64,000 nucleotides of DNA from Verrucomicrobiota bacterium (GTDB lineage Bacteria > Verrucomicrobiota > Verrucomicrobiia > Limisphaerales > AAA164-E04), in the NCBI GenBank assembly GCA_047947115.1, contig CP170459.1, positions 2,272,001 to 2,336,000 on the forward strand. The letters are read 5' to 3'. A program made the position numbers and the translations under genes. The notes under the pieces are model-generated. The model had not been told where the DNA came from, ran no database searches, and saw only the letters and a program-made list of their open reading frames with translations. The stretch's first letter is position 1. Each line of letters begins with the position of its first letter. This document shows positions 28,016 to 37,958 of this stretch, piece after piece.

Positions 28016-29709
28016 GGGACTCCCTGCGATTTGGGTTTTTCCGTTGTGTTCTTGAGATCAGAACTGAGCTTTTCATCGCCGGGACGGGTGGTTGCAAACA
28101 GCCGTAGATGCGTGAGCAGTTGTTTGCGACTATGTGCGATGAGCCAACTGGACCAACCCAGGCCCATGAAAAACCAGGTTCCCAACATGAAATAATCCTC
28201 GCTGACCGGCAATTTCGGCGGGCGCCCTTGAAAGGCGAGCATGGAAAAGAATGACAGGATGAAAAGGGTGTAAACAATCCAGGGAAGCATCAGGACCGTG
28301 AAGATCGTGCCGCTGATGGATCGGTTCACATATCTCGCTTTGGCACTGTTCCAGAGCCCGTACCAGAACAGGGCCAGAGAATCCATGACGATCAGAACAA
28401 GATGTGCCATGAACATGGTGGCCATGTAGGAGGCGTCATCCGCTCCAATCCTCCCGCTGTCCAATAAAAGAATCAGGGCGAAGAAGGCGGTGAGTGCACA
28501 GATGAAAATCACGGGACCGAGAAATTGCCGGAGGATCGCCATCCAGTGGCCGTGGAGCACATCCTTGACCTTGAGCGGTGTGCTGAAAAGCAGTTCCAAC
28601 GCGCCACTGCGACGGTCGTCCGTCAGTCTCTGGCTGGCCTCCGCCCCTACCCAACACTTTACCAGTACACTCCCCAGGTAGGCGGTCATGATGAAATTGG
28701 CCGGCTCGGTGTAAAAATTTCGACCATACTCCAGGCTGCCCCACAACCAGTAGAGACCACCCAGCGCAAAAACGATCCAAGGGTAAAGTGTCTTCAATCG
28801 ACTACGACTATAGAGCCAGAGCACAGGATTCTTATCCAATAAGGTTCCTCTCAGTGTTGCTTTGGTCTGCTGGTTGCCTTGATCAGCTTCCAGGATGCGT
28901 TTGCTCCGCTTCAGTTGTGCCTCAGACGCGGGGCGATCCTGCCAACGGGAAGCCACAACTATCGATGAGGTGATCAATAATCCCCAGATAAAAACCTGAT
29001 TTGTAATCAGAGATTTCCAGAACGGCCAGGAGTCTGCGGAATAGGCCCTTTCTGACATCATGCCCATCCCGTAAACCGCACTGTGGAAAAAGAATTTGTC
29101 GACAACCCATTGAGGTGGGTTTTCATTGGTAAGTAATCCGGTCAGTACCCATAGGATGGGGGCGGCTCCGAGAAAAAAGACCATCAATCCCAATGTGGTG
29201 AATGCTGCTCGCACGGCTTTGGTACTGATCACCGAAGCATAGATGCCGACCGAAAGAGAGAGCAGCATGGTGTTGGAAAGCACCAGAATCAGGCGGCCGA
29301 ATTCAGAAGCACTCACGCTACCCAACAGCAACGGGATGGCCAGCACCGGCATCACCGCCAGCAATCCGCTGACGGATTTGAGGGAGGTTGCCGCGAGCTT
29401 GCCAAAGACGACGTCATAGCCTTTCAGGTCGGTTAAAAAGAGCAACCCGAGGGTGCCCTCCCGCTTTTCTTCGCTGATGCAGTCGGAAGTCACCCAGATG
29501 CCCGACATGGCACAATAGAAAAAGGTGAAGCTCGAAAGTGTGTAGAACAAGCCCATCCCCATCGTGCTGGGTGCGGCGGTTTGCATGAAGAACATGAACA
29601 GTCCTGTAATGACGATGGACACGGTGGCAAAGACCGTCCTGCCGACGTAAAGGGAGCGCTGCCGGGAGGCAACCTTCAGTTCTCGGCCTACTACTGGGAA
29701 TAATCTCAT
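27994..29709 (-). CDS. ABC-2 type permease with two internal repeats
   Basis: PVVGRELKVASR; repeated motif EKREGTLGLLFLT / DRRSGALELLFST; many TM segments. Confidence 0.85.
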   Translation of the reverse strand: MRLFPVVGRELKVASRQRSLYVGRTVFATVSIVITGLFMFFMQTAAPSTMGMGLFYTLSSFTFFYCAMSGIWVTSDCISEEKREGTLGLLFLTDLKGYDVVFGKLAATSLKSVSGLLAVMPVLAIPLLLGSVSASEFGRLILVLSNTMLLSLSVGIYASVISTKAVRAAFTTLGLMVFFLGAAPILWVLTGLLTNENPPQWVVDKFFFHSAVYGMGMMSERAYSADSWPFWKSLITNQVFIWGLLITSSIVVASRWQDRPASEAQLKRSKRILEADQGNQQTKATLRGTLLDKNPVLWLYSRSRLKTLYPWIVFALGGLYWLWGSLEYGRNFYTEPANFIMTAYLGSVLVKCWVGAEASQRLTDDRRSGALELLFSTPLKVKDVLHGHWMAILRQFLGPVIFICALTAFFALILLLDSGRIGADDASYMATMFMAHLVLIVMDSLALFWYGLWNSAKARYVNRSISGTIFTVLMLPWIVYTLFILSFFSMLAFQGRPPKLPVSEDYFMLGTWFFMGLGWSSWLIAHSRKQLLTHLRLFATTRPGDEKLSSDLKNTTEKPKSQGVPYSSPTT

Positions 29710-29745
29710 GGGTTGTTTCGGGTCGGAACGATGCGGTCGGTTGTT

Positions 29746-30759
29746 TTATTGGGTGTCTCCACGGGTGACACGCAGAAAGACTTCCTCAAGTCCTACTTCC
29801 TCTTCTTTCAGTCCATGAATTGCTATGCCGTTTTCCACTAAAATTTTCGCAATCACACTGACATCCGCATCGTGCGAAGCCATGGTCACACGGATCCTGT
29901 TATCGACCATTTCGGCTTCGGATACTTCCGAACGGGTTTTCAGAAATCCGATGGCCCTGTCCGGCTCGCCACCCACGGTAACCCACACGATGTGGTTCAT
30001 TTCCATCTGCTGTTTCACACCCTGCACCGGACCGCTGTAGATCAATTTACCGCGCTCGATGATGGCAACACGATTGCAGAGTGATTGCAGTTCGCTCAGA
30101 ATGTGGGAGGAAATGATGATTGTTTTGCCCATGCGCTGCAATTCCTGCAGGATGGCCATCATTTCAATGCGGGCCCGGGGATCCAGTCCGCTCGCCGGTT
30201 CATCCAGTAGCAGCAGGTCGGGATCGTGGATCAGCACTCTCGCCAGTCCGATGCGTTGCTGCATCCCGCGGCTCAAGGCTCCGATGAGCGCACCGGTCTT
30301 TTCTGAGAGTCCCACCAATTCCAGTACATCCTTCACGGTTTTCTCCCGTTGTTTGGATGGGATGCGGTAACAGGCCCCGAAGAAGTCCAGGTATTCCGTC
30401 ACTTCCATGTCTTTGTAAACACCAAAGAAATCGGGCATGTAACCGATGATATGACGTACCGCATCCGCCTCGGTGACCACGTTTTTTCCGAGCACGTTGG
30501 CGGTGCCGGAGGATGGTTTCAAGAAGGTGGCAAGGATGCGGAGAGTGGTGGTTTTTCCCGCTCCATTCGAACCGATGAATCCAAACAGATCCCCCTGGTT
30601 GACGGTCAGGTTCAACATGCTGAGGGCGGTCATGTTGCCATAATGACGGGTCAGCATGTTCGTCTCCACCGCAGGAACCTTCTTGCTCATGGATGGAGCT
30701 GTTTCCGTTGCCGATTGCACGTCTTGGACGCCTGTTTCGTCGTTGTTTTCTGTGGTCAT
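29746..30759 (-). CDS. ABC transporter ATP-binding protein
   Basis: GSNGAGKTT, LSRGMQQR, LLLDEPASGLDP, ISSH. Confidence 0.95.
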   Translation of the reverse strand: MTTENNDETGVQDVQSATETAPSMSKKVPAVETNMLTRHYGNMTALSMLNLTVNQGDLFGFIGSNGAGKTTTLRILATFLKPSSGTANVLGKNVVTEADAVRHIIGYMPDFFGVYKDMEVTEYLDFFGACYRIPSKQREKTVKDVLELVGLSEKTGALIGALSRGMQQRIGLARVLIHDPDLLLLDEPASGLDPRARIEMMAILQELQRMGKTIIISSHILSELQSLCNRVAIIERGKLIYSGPVQGVKQQMEMNHIVWVTVGGEPDRAIGFLKTRSEVSEAEMVDNRIRVTMASHDADVSVIAKILVENGIAIHGLKEEEVGLEEVFLRVTRGDTQ

Positions 30760-30766
30760 GGGTAAA

Positions 30767-32989
30767 TCATGGTTGAGGGTTCTCGGTCGAAGCTTTCAGC
30801 GGGATCACTACCCGGATCAACGTGTTCTTGGCAGTCCGTTTTGGATCAAACGTGTTCAGTGCCTGCATGCCCAGGTCAGACTCTGACCAGGCCAGCAGTA
30901 CCGCCTTGTCGCTTTCAAGGTGACGGGTCAGATCCAGGTTCGACTGGTAAATGAAGTTCTGTCCGTTCCCTGCCAATTTGTAGATGCTGCCCATCATGGA
31001 AATCACCGAACTTGCCTCAAAAGGTTTGTTCAGGCGATAGGTGTGCCCCAACGCACGCAGTCGGCTGTCCAGAGCAGGTTTGAAGTTGCTGGAATGATTG
31101 CGCAGAAAATCCCGCAAGTAAACGGACTTGATTTGGGTCAGGTCAAAGGTTTGGCTGGCGGACGGTCCTTGGGGGAGTCCGTCGAGATCGTAAACCTTGT
31201 CCCCGATCATCAGGCGTAAGCGGTCGAAAGCGTATGGAACCATATTCCTCACAGTCAGCATGGCGGGTTCGCCGTTGCTCGAGGATACCTTTGCCTCGAG
31301 AACGTTGTTTTGAAGGGTGTCATACCAGTCGCTGATGAACAAACGACTGGTCCATACCGGAACCGACACCCCGGCCGCAAAGCCGTCGTTCATTTTGAGC
31401 ATTTCGGACTGCCGGTTGCCTCCTTGCGAACCGCGCCACAAACCGGTGGCTTCCATGCGGAGAGACCCCAGGTTGCGCTGTGACCTGAGTTCGTATTGGG
31501 CGGTGACGGGTGAATAGAGCGCGCCATAGGTCCGGCCGCGTGCCATTGATTCCTGGCCGAAGGGGATGACATCCACCACATGCAGCTCATTCCATTCCGA
31601 GTCACCCGCTCTGAGTTTGAATCCAATGTAATAAATCAAACCGGAAAACAGAGCGACATATGCCGGAAAAGTCACCCACGTCCACATCTGCTTGTTCAGT
31701 TTTTTGAGGATGATGCGATCGATCGGACCGATGAACAGGAGGTAGACCACCAACATCAACATCAGCCATTCCACGGGCAACTTGCGTATCTGACGACTTT
31801 CAATCATGGAACCAAACAAGCCATCCACGCCTTCCCCTCCTAAGGAATTTCGATTGCCTACTTCAAACCAGCGCCCGGGGATGCCGGATAATTTGGCCCA
31901 GAACCACGGTTTGTTTTCCCAGCTCTTGATCGGTTCGCGTTCGGGTGAAAATGTCAACACGGTCACCTGACCACGTCCTCGAACGGCATGGATGATCAGT
32001 GGAATTCCGTTTTGCTCCGCCAGAACGGTTCCGTCAGTTACCCGGCCGAGAACGATGGGCATCGGGGCTGCATCCACCTGATCATCCGATCGGACGCGAG
32101 TATACCGGTTTTCAAGGCTGTCCGCACGGGCATTGGACTGACGGTATTGATTTTGATCAATGAGATCGGGATCGCAGGTGGGGGCAGGGTAGGATTTGAG
32201 CGACGGATTACGTATCCAGTTCTCAAATGTTCCGTCCCAGGTGATGGAGGATACGCCTGTCGGAACAAATGGCATCAAGGAGCCGAGCCATGGGACTGCA
32301 GTGACCTCGGCGGGTTCATCCATTGCAACGATCAGGTGCCCCCCCTGAGCTAGCCAGGCATTCAGGGCGCGAGCCTGGGGGATTTCCATTTTGTCGGCTG
32401 CCGCGGCGTGCAGGTAAATGGCGTTGAGTCCCTCAAGCGCCAGAGGTTGATCGGGGAAATGATCAGCCAAAACACGACCGACCAACGGCAGATAAGGTGA
32501 TCGAGCGGGTTCCTCCGGAAGCCCTGGTTGACCGGAAATGCTGCGTGATACCGATCCCAGGACGAAACCCGACGGCGTGACCTCCTGTTGTCCGGAGAAC
32601 TGGCTGCGTTCCTCAAGAACATCTCCTGAAGCGGTGACCACTTCCGCCACCCAGTTGTAAATGCTGCCCCCTTGATAATAGACCGGCATCACAACCCGTT
32701 TGCGGGTGTTGGTGGGGAGTTCGATGGGGATGGATTGGGAAAAGTTGCTTCCGGGATCTCGCAGACGGATAAAGCCGGAAAATCCTGGGCCCTCATGATG
32801 CAGTTCGAACGTGAAGGGGCACCAGTGATTTTGTCTCAACACATCTCCGTAGCCCGGAAAAACATCAAATTGCAGACCGGCGGCGTGGCCCCGAAAGGAT
32901 GAAAGCTGCAGCAGGAACAAAACAACCCAAAGGACCCTGAAGCCTGGGAAACGTTTCAAACGATGAATGAATGATTGGTTAAAGTTCAT
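30767..32989 (-). CDS. Large membrane-anchored hypothetical protein (ABC accessory; possible glutamine-amidotransferase-like domain)
   Basis: 740 aa; signal/TM N-terminus, ALNAWLAQGGHLIV, RGRGQVTVL, internal TM pair YLLFIGPID...TWVTFP. Confidence 0.8.
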   Translation of the reverse strand: MNFNQSFIHRLKRFPGFRVLWVVLFLLQLSSFRGHAAGLQFDVFPGYGDVLRQNHWCPFTFELHHEGPGFSGFIRLRDPGSNFSQSIPIELPTNTRKRVVMPVYYQGGSIYNWVAEVVTASGDVLEERSQFSGQQEVTPSGFVLGSVSRSISGQPGLPEEPARSPYLPLVGRVLADHFPDQPLALEGLNAIYLHAAAADKMEIPQARALNAWLAQGGHLIVAMDEPAEVTAVPWLGSLMPFVPTGVSSITWDGTFENWIRNPSLKSYPAPTCDPDLIDQNQYRQSNARADSLENRYTRVRSDDQVDAAPMPIVLGRVTDGTVLAEQNGIPLIIHAVRGRGQVTVLTFSPEREPIKSWENKPWFWAKLSGIPGRWFEVGNRNSLGGEGVDGLFGSMIESRQIRKLPVEWLMLMLVVYLLFIGPIDRIILKKLNKQMWTWVTFPAYVALFSGLIYYIGFKLRAGDSEWNELHVVDVIPFGQESMARGRTYGALYSPVTAQYELRSQRNLGSLRMEATGLWRGSQGGNRQSEMLKMNDGFAAGVSVPVWTSRLFISDWYDTLQNNVLEAKVSSSNGEPAMLTVRNMVPYAFDRLRLMIGDKVYDLDGLPQGPSASQTFDLTQIKSVYLRDFLRNHSSNFKPALDSRLRALGHTYRLNKPFEASSVISMMGSIYKLAGNGQNFIYQSNLDLTRHLESDKAVLLAWSESDLGMQALNTFDPKRTAKNTLIRVVIPLKASTENPQP

Positions 32990-33430
32990 GTTGCTTCGTG
33001 GTTCGATTATTCCGTTGGTCAGCGACGCATTCCCGATTCATGTTTTAGGCATCGATCCGGCACATGCTTGTCGAGATGCTCGATCGGATGTCCCGGGTCC
33101 ATTGGAAATTTTCTTCCCTCTAATACCCAGTGGTTACCGTTTATGTTACAAGCCCGTCGCCATTTCAAGTTATTCCTTTTTAAGAGACTGGACGCACGGC
33201 GGTTATTCCCGGAGAATCGGTTCGCCCCTGGATGAGTGCATGATTTGACCATTTGATGATGCGTGCGGAAGAGGTCAGGCAGGCAGGATGGAGCGCCTGC
33301 GGGGTGCGGAAAAGGCGCCTGTAATCCCGATAAGTGTGTCAGATAGCATTTTTCCTGCTTTTTCATATTGACCCTGTACTTAAAATTTTGAACTCTCCCC
33401 ATTTCGCTTGACGGCGTCCCGTGTAGTATT

Positions 33431-33904
33431 ATGAGACACACCATATCAGTTTTAGTTGAAAATAAGTTCGGCGTGCTGACCCGCATTGCCGGATTGTTCA
33501 GCGGTCGTGGATTCAACATTGACACTCTCAATGTAGCACCCACGCACGAAGACAATGCGTCCCGAATGACCATTGTGACGCAGGGTGACGATGCTACTCT
33601 GATCCAGATTGTCAGGCAACTGAACAAGCTTCCAGAGGTGCTGGAAGTGCAGGATTTCCGCGAACATTTGTATGTGGACCGGGAGTTGGTGATGATTCGA
33701 GTCAAGACCGATTCCAAAAGCCGCTCCGAAATCATGCAGATCACCGACATCTTCAGAGCCAAGATCATTGACGTTCACCCTGAGTCAGTGACCATTGAAA
33801 TTACTGGAGCCGAAGGGAAGATTGCCAAGTTCATCGATCTGATGGAAACGTTCGGCATCGAAACCCTGACCCGCACCGGAACAGTCGCCCTGCCTCGGGC
33901 CTGA
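33431..33904 (+). CDS. ilvN: Acetolactate synthase small (regulatory) subunit
   Basis: MRHTISVLVENKFGVLTRIAGLFSGRGFNI ACT domain; RTGTVALPR. Confidence 0.96.
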   Translation: MRHTISVLVENKFGVLTRIAGLFSGRGFNIDTLNVAPTHEDNASRMTIVTQGDDATLIQIVRQLNKLPEVLEVQDFREHLYVDRELVMIRVKTDSKSRSEIMQITDIFRAKIIDVHPESVTIEITGAEGKIAKFIDLMETFGIETLTRTGTVALPRA

Positions 33905-33959
33905 TTTCATCCCTTTTTAAATCGTATAGATTAAAGCAAACAACAAACGCATAAAGAAC

Positions 33960-34985
33960 ATGCCAGCAAAAATATACTCGGATAAGCACGCAGACTTGAA
34001 CGTCTTCAAGGGAAAAACCCTGGCTGTGCTTGGATTCGGTTCCCAAGGACACGCTCACGCCTTGAATCTCAAGGACAGCGGGTGCAACGTTATCATCGGC
34101 CTCTATAAAGGCAGCAAATCCATTCCTGTTGCCAAGGAAAAAGGATTCAAGGTCGTCACCACCGCCGAAGCGGTCAAACAAGCTGACGTCATTTTTGTTG
34201 CTTTGCCCGATACCAAGCAGGCCTCTGTTTACGAATCGGATATTGCCCCCAATTTGACCAAGGGTAAAACCCTTCTTTTTTCACACGGATTCGCCATCCA
34301 TTACAAAACCCTGGTCCCTCCCGCTGACGTCGACGTGATCCTGGTGGCCCCCAAAGGCCCCGGCCATATCGTTCGTCGCCAGTTCGTGGAAGGCAAGGGA
34401 GTTCCCGCCCTGATCGCCGTTCACCAGAACCCCAGCAAAAAAGCCAAAAAAGTGGCGCTGGCATGGGCCAAAGGCGTCGGTGGAACCCGAGCAGGCGTGT
34501 TGGAAACAACATTTAAGGAAGAAACCGAAACCGATCTGTTCGGCGAACAGACCGTTCTTTGCGGCGGAACCAGCGCTTTGATCATCGCCGGTTACGAAAC
34601 ATTGGTGGAAGCCGGATACCAGCCCGAAATGGCCTACTTCGAATGTCTGCATGAGCTGAAACTCATCGTGGACCTCATCAATGAATCCGGTATTCACGGC
34701 ATGCGATTCTCCATCTCAGAGACCGCCAAGTGGGGTGATGTGAGCGTCGGGCCCAAGATCATTGACGCAGGTGTCAAGAAACGTATGAAGGCCGCCTTGA
34801 AAGCCATTCAAAATGGAAAATTCGCCAAAGAATGGGTCAAGGAATACCAAACCGGCTACAAGAAGTACAACTCCCTCCTCAAAGCAGGTGAGAAGCACTC
34901 CATTGAGAAGGTGGGCGCTCGTTTGCGTAAGATGATGCCCTGGATGCAGAAGCGTGCTACGGGCGGTGTTCAGAGTTCTTACTAG
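33960..34985 (+). CDS. ilvC: Ketol-acid reductoisomerase
   Basis: [44 protein letters not shown]. Confidence 0.98.
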   Translation: MPAKIYSDKHADLNVFKGKTLAVLGFGSQGHAHALNLKDSGCNVIIGLYKGSKSIPVAKEKGFKVVTTAEAVKQADVIFVALPDTKQASVYESDIAPNLTKGKTLLFSHGFAIHYKTLVPPADVDVILVAPKGPGHIVRRQFVEGKGVPALIAVHQNPSKKAKKVALAWAKGVGGTRAGVLETTFKEETETDLFGEQTVLCGGTSALIIAGYETLVEAGYQPEMAYFECLHELKLIVDLINESGIHGMRFSISETAKWGDVSVGPKIIDAGVKKRMKAALKAIQNGKFAKEWVKEYQTGYKKYNSLLKAGEKHSIEKVGARLRKMMPWMQKRATGGVQSSY

Positions 34986-35015
34986 GACACTTTCCTTACC
35001 AGATTGCAATTTGAT

Positions 35016-35059
35016 CCGGCGGTTATTTCCTGGCAATGGATGTGACCGCCGGTCTTTTT
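35016..35059 (+). terminator. Probable intrinsic terminator after ilvC
   Basis: CCGGCGGTTA (35016-35025) pairs with TGACCGCCGG (35043-35052), followed by TCTTTTT; the loop is unusually large. Confidence 0.45.
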
Positions 35060-35115
35060 ATGTTGTCAGGCGACCGCAACCGGCGCATTTTTACGGTGTT
35101 GTTAATGGATTGAAT

Positions 35116-35964
35116 ATGGCTGAAACGATGCATTTTAAATACGGCTGCCTGCTGGTCTGCCTGATCCTGGGCATGGCTGCCGCTGATCACAGGATGTCTG
35201 CTCAGGAGTCCGCAGAAGACATCGACAGTCTGCGTGCATCCTACCAGACCATCCTGGACCGCAATCCATTCAACCTCCAACCCCCGCCACCTCCCCCAGA
35301 TCCCGAGCCGGAACCAGAACCGGAGGAGGAGAAAAGTCCTGAGCTGGACGAATTGAATCTCAAAATCGCCGGTGTCAGCGCCAAAGATGAGATCAAGCGG
35401 GTGTGGATGTCCATGACACTGCCCAATCCAAATCCCGATTTGCCACCGGTCGAGCGATTCTTCGCCTTCACCGAATCTGAAGATGAACACCATGGGGTGA
35501 AAGTGACTCAGATCGGATTCGACGGGAATATTGAAATTGAATACTACGGTAAATCACACAAATTGGAATTTGAGGAATACCGATACGATGGAGCCAGCGC
35601 GAAAAAGGCAGGAGGCAAATCCAACGTTAAAACCCCGACACGCATCAGCGCTCGTGAATTGATCCGGCGGCGTGCTTTGGAACAGCAAAATCAGAATTCT
35701 GGAAACACCACCACCGGAGGTGCAACCAACAACAGGGGAACGACCAGTGGTTCGCTCCTGCGTGGATCAGGGGGCAGTGCCACCCGAACAGGCATGCAAC
35801 AGATTCCAACCCGTCAAAGCCGCCTGTCCACCTCGAATTCCTCGCGTGCTCCGGCCAAACCGGCCTACACGCGGGAAGAACAGATTCTGTTGATGGAAAC
35901 GCAGAAGGCCCTTGCCGAGCAGGAAGGGAGAAGTATGCCACCCATTCCGAGTTTTAACCGATAG
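35116..35964 (+). CDS. Secreted proline-rich hypothetical protein
   Basis: Signal peptide, YQTILDRNPFNL, poly-Pro/PE linker, small beta domain, low-complexity tail. Start 35116 or 35128. Confidence 0.7.
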   Translation: MAETMHFKYGCLLVCLILGMAAADHRMSAQESAEDIDSLRASYQTILDRNPFNLQPPPPPPDPEPEPEPEEEKSPELDELNLKIAGVSAKDEIKRVWMSMTLPNPNPDLPPVERFFAFTESEDEHHGVKVTQIGFDGNIEIEYYGKSHKLEFEEYRYDGASAKKAGGKSNVKTPTRISARELIRRRALEQQNQNSGNTTTGGATNNRGTTSGSLLRGSGGSATRTGMQQIPTRQSRLSTSNSSRAPAKPAYTREEQILLMETQKALAEQEGRSMPPIPSFNR

Positions 35965-36033
35965 GGATTTTCGTGCGTTTTTGACATGCTTCATGCGCTT
36001 CTTCGGTCACCCTGGTAAGGTTGCGTTGACCTG

Positions 36034-37323
36034 ATGAGCATTCAAGCCCCATCCATCCGTAAAGTTGGCTTTCTGGGAGCCACCGCCTTGGTGGTTGCCA
36101 ATATGATCGGCACCGGTATCTTTACCAGTACCGGATTTCAAATTGCCGACATGCCTTCCCGAGGCATCATCCTGTTGGCCTGGTTGGTTGGGGGAGCAAT
36201 CGCCCTGTTGGGGGCCCTGTGTTACGGGGCGCTTGCCCGACAACTTCCCGAATCAGGCGGAGAATATTTCTTTCTATCCAAAACCGTACACCCGTCAGTG
36301 GGCTATATCAGTGGGTGGATTTCCCTGCTGGTAGGATTCTCGGCTCCTATTGCCGCAGCAGCCTATGGGACGGGGGTTTACTGTCAGGATTGGTTGCAGG
36401 GAATGGACCCGAAGTGGATCGGGACAGGCGCTGTCCTGCTGCTTGGAATCCTTCATGGTATTGGGGTAAGGGAAGGGGTGATGGTTCAGAATCTGGTGGT
36501 CTTTTTGAAGATCGTGATGTTGACAGGATTCATCGGGTGGTCCTTGATGCACCTGCCCGCTGCAGAACAAATCCCCGCTTGGAATCCGGATTGGGGGACG
36601 TTTTCTGTCTCACTCGTGTGGATTTATTTTGCTTATTCAGGCTGGAACGCTGCCGTCTACATCGGGGGCGAAGTGCGTGATCCCGACCGTAATCTCCCGC
36701 GTGCCATGATATTCGGAACGATCATTGTCGTGGTGTTGTATCTCCTCCTCAATATCGTGTTCCTGTGGTCCGGCCCGTTTGAATCCATGGCCGGTCGAGA
36801 GGACGTCGCTCGTGTTGCCGCTGAATCCATCGGTGGGCGGCAACTGGCTCAGTGGATCACCATGATCATTCTTGTATCCCTGATGACGTCCATTTCGGCC
36901 ATGCTCATGGCAGGCCCCCGGGTCTATGCCAAGATGGCGGAAGACGGCTATCTGCCCGGCTGGATGAAAAGCGCCCATCCTCCGGGGTGGGGGAACATGA
37001 TTCTTCAGATCACGGTTGCGCTCATGCTTCTTTGGATTCCCACCTTCAAGGACCTCCTGGCCTACATCGGATTTACCTTGGGGATCGGGACGGCATTGAC
37101 GGTTCTTGGGCTGGTGAAATTGAAGATGAAAATACATCCGGAACTCAAGGTTCCCGGGTGGCCGATCGTTCCGATCCTGTTTCTAATCATGGTTCTTTGG
37201 GTGACCCTTTTTTCCATCTGGCGGCAGCCACTCCCAAGCCTCTACGGGTTGTTGACCTTGGTCGTTGGCTGGGTGGCCTGGTGGGTGCATCGGGGCAGGG
37301 GAAGCAAGATAATTGGTCTTTGA
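36034..37323 (+). CDS. APC-family amino acid permease
   Basis: NMIGTGIF, PESGGEY, FAYSGWN, GEVRDPDRNLPRA, GPRVYAKMAEDG. Confidence 0.92.
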   Translation: MSIQAPSIRKVGFLGATALVVANMIGTGIFTSTGFQIADMPSRGIILLAWLVGGAIALLGALCYGALARQLPESGGEYFFLSKTVHPSVGYISGWISLLVGFSAPIAAAAYGTGVYCQDWLQGMDPKWIGTGAVLLLGILHGIGVREGVMVQNLVVFLKIVMLTGFIGWSLMHLPAAEQIPAWNPDWGTFSVSLVWIYFAYSGWNAAVYIGGEVRDPDRNLPRAMIFGTIIVVVLYLLLNIVFLWSGPFESMAGREDVARVAAESIGGRQLAQWITMIILVSLMTSISAMLMAGPRVYAKMAEDGYLPGWMKSAHPPGWGNMILQITVALMLLWIPTFKDLLAYIGFTLGIGTALTVLGLVKLKMKIHPELKVPGWPIVPILFLIMVLWVTLFSIWRQPLPSLYGLLTLVVGWVAWWVHRGRGSKIIGL

Positions 37324-37329
37324 AAAAGT

Positions 37330-37362
37330 AAACCCCATGCAGGCCGAGCCTGCATGGGGTTT
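37330..37362. terminator. Bidirectional intrinsic terminator between convergent genes
   Basis: Perfect 15-bp stem AAACCCCATGCAGGC-CGA-GCCTGCATGGGGTTT between the permease and secG. Confidence 0.85.
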
Positions 37363-37386
37363 GGTAACACTTAAAGGAACAGCCGC

Positions 37387-37887
37387 TTAGTTATTTGGAT
37401 TCGGTTCCGTGGCTGGGACGGGTTGTTCGAGTTCAAGAGGTGCTGTTTCGGCCCCGGCAGAAGGAGCGATCGCTGGAGTGCCTTCCGTTGTTGCTTCCTC
37501 GGTGGTTGTGGCCTCACCCTGGGGAGCGGTTGCGTCCGCTGTAGGTGTCACGGTGATGGGCGCGGTGGTTGCACCTTCTTCCACTGCGGCCGGAACTGCC
37601 GGTTGATTGGCAATTTCCTGTTCGAGCAGGCGTGCGTTCTTCTTGGATTCGTAAGAATTCATGATGGACAACAGCAACGCAAGGCCCAGAAACAATCCGG
37701 CGCTGTACTTGGTGATTTTGGACAAAGGTGTTCCGGCTCCAGCGCCAAACACTGCTTCCGCAGCGCCTGCACCGAATGCCAGTCCGGCACCCGCTTCCTT
37801 CTTGGGCAATTGGACCAGGATCAACAGAATGAGGAACAAACTGTTGAGCACCATTATAATGGTCAGTAATCCGATGATTAAGCTCAT
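37387..37887 (-). CDS. secG: Preprotein translocase subunit SecG with Pro/Ala/Thr-rich tail
   Basis: Two TM helices around LVQLPKKEAGAGLAFG...LSKIT; conserved position after tpiA. Confidence 0.9.
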   Translation of the reverse strand: MSLIIGLLTIIMVLNSLFLILLILVQLPKKEAGAGLAFGAGAAEAVFGAGAGTPLSKITKYSAGLFLGLALLLSIMNSYESKKNARLLEQEIANQPAVPAAVEEGATTAPITVTPTADATAPQGEATTTEEATTEGTPAIAPSAGAETAPLELEQPVPATEPNPNN

Positions 37888-37958
37888 ACTTCTTTCAATA
37901 TCGTATTTTCAAAAACGAGCAGCTTGTCAAAGCCGGGCTCAGGTTGCAACTCCCAAAT

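Noticed and set aside
33408..33429. TTGACG...TAGTAT as the ilvN promoter
   Set aside because: The spacer is only 10 bp, incompatible with sigma70 geometry.
33019..33768. 249-aa minus-strand ORF
   Set aside because: Overlaps ilvN antisense and has no recognisable features.
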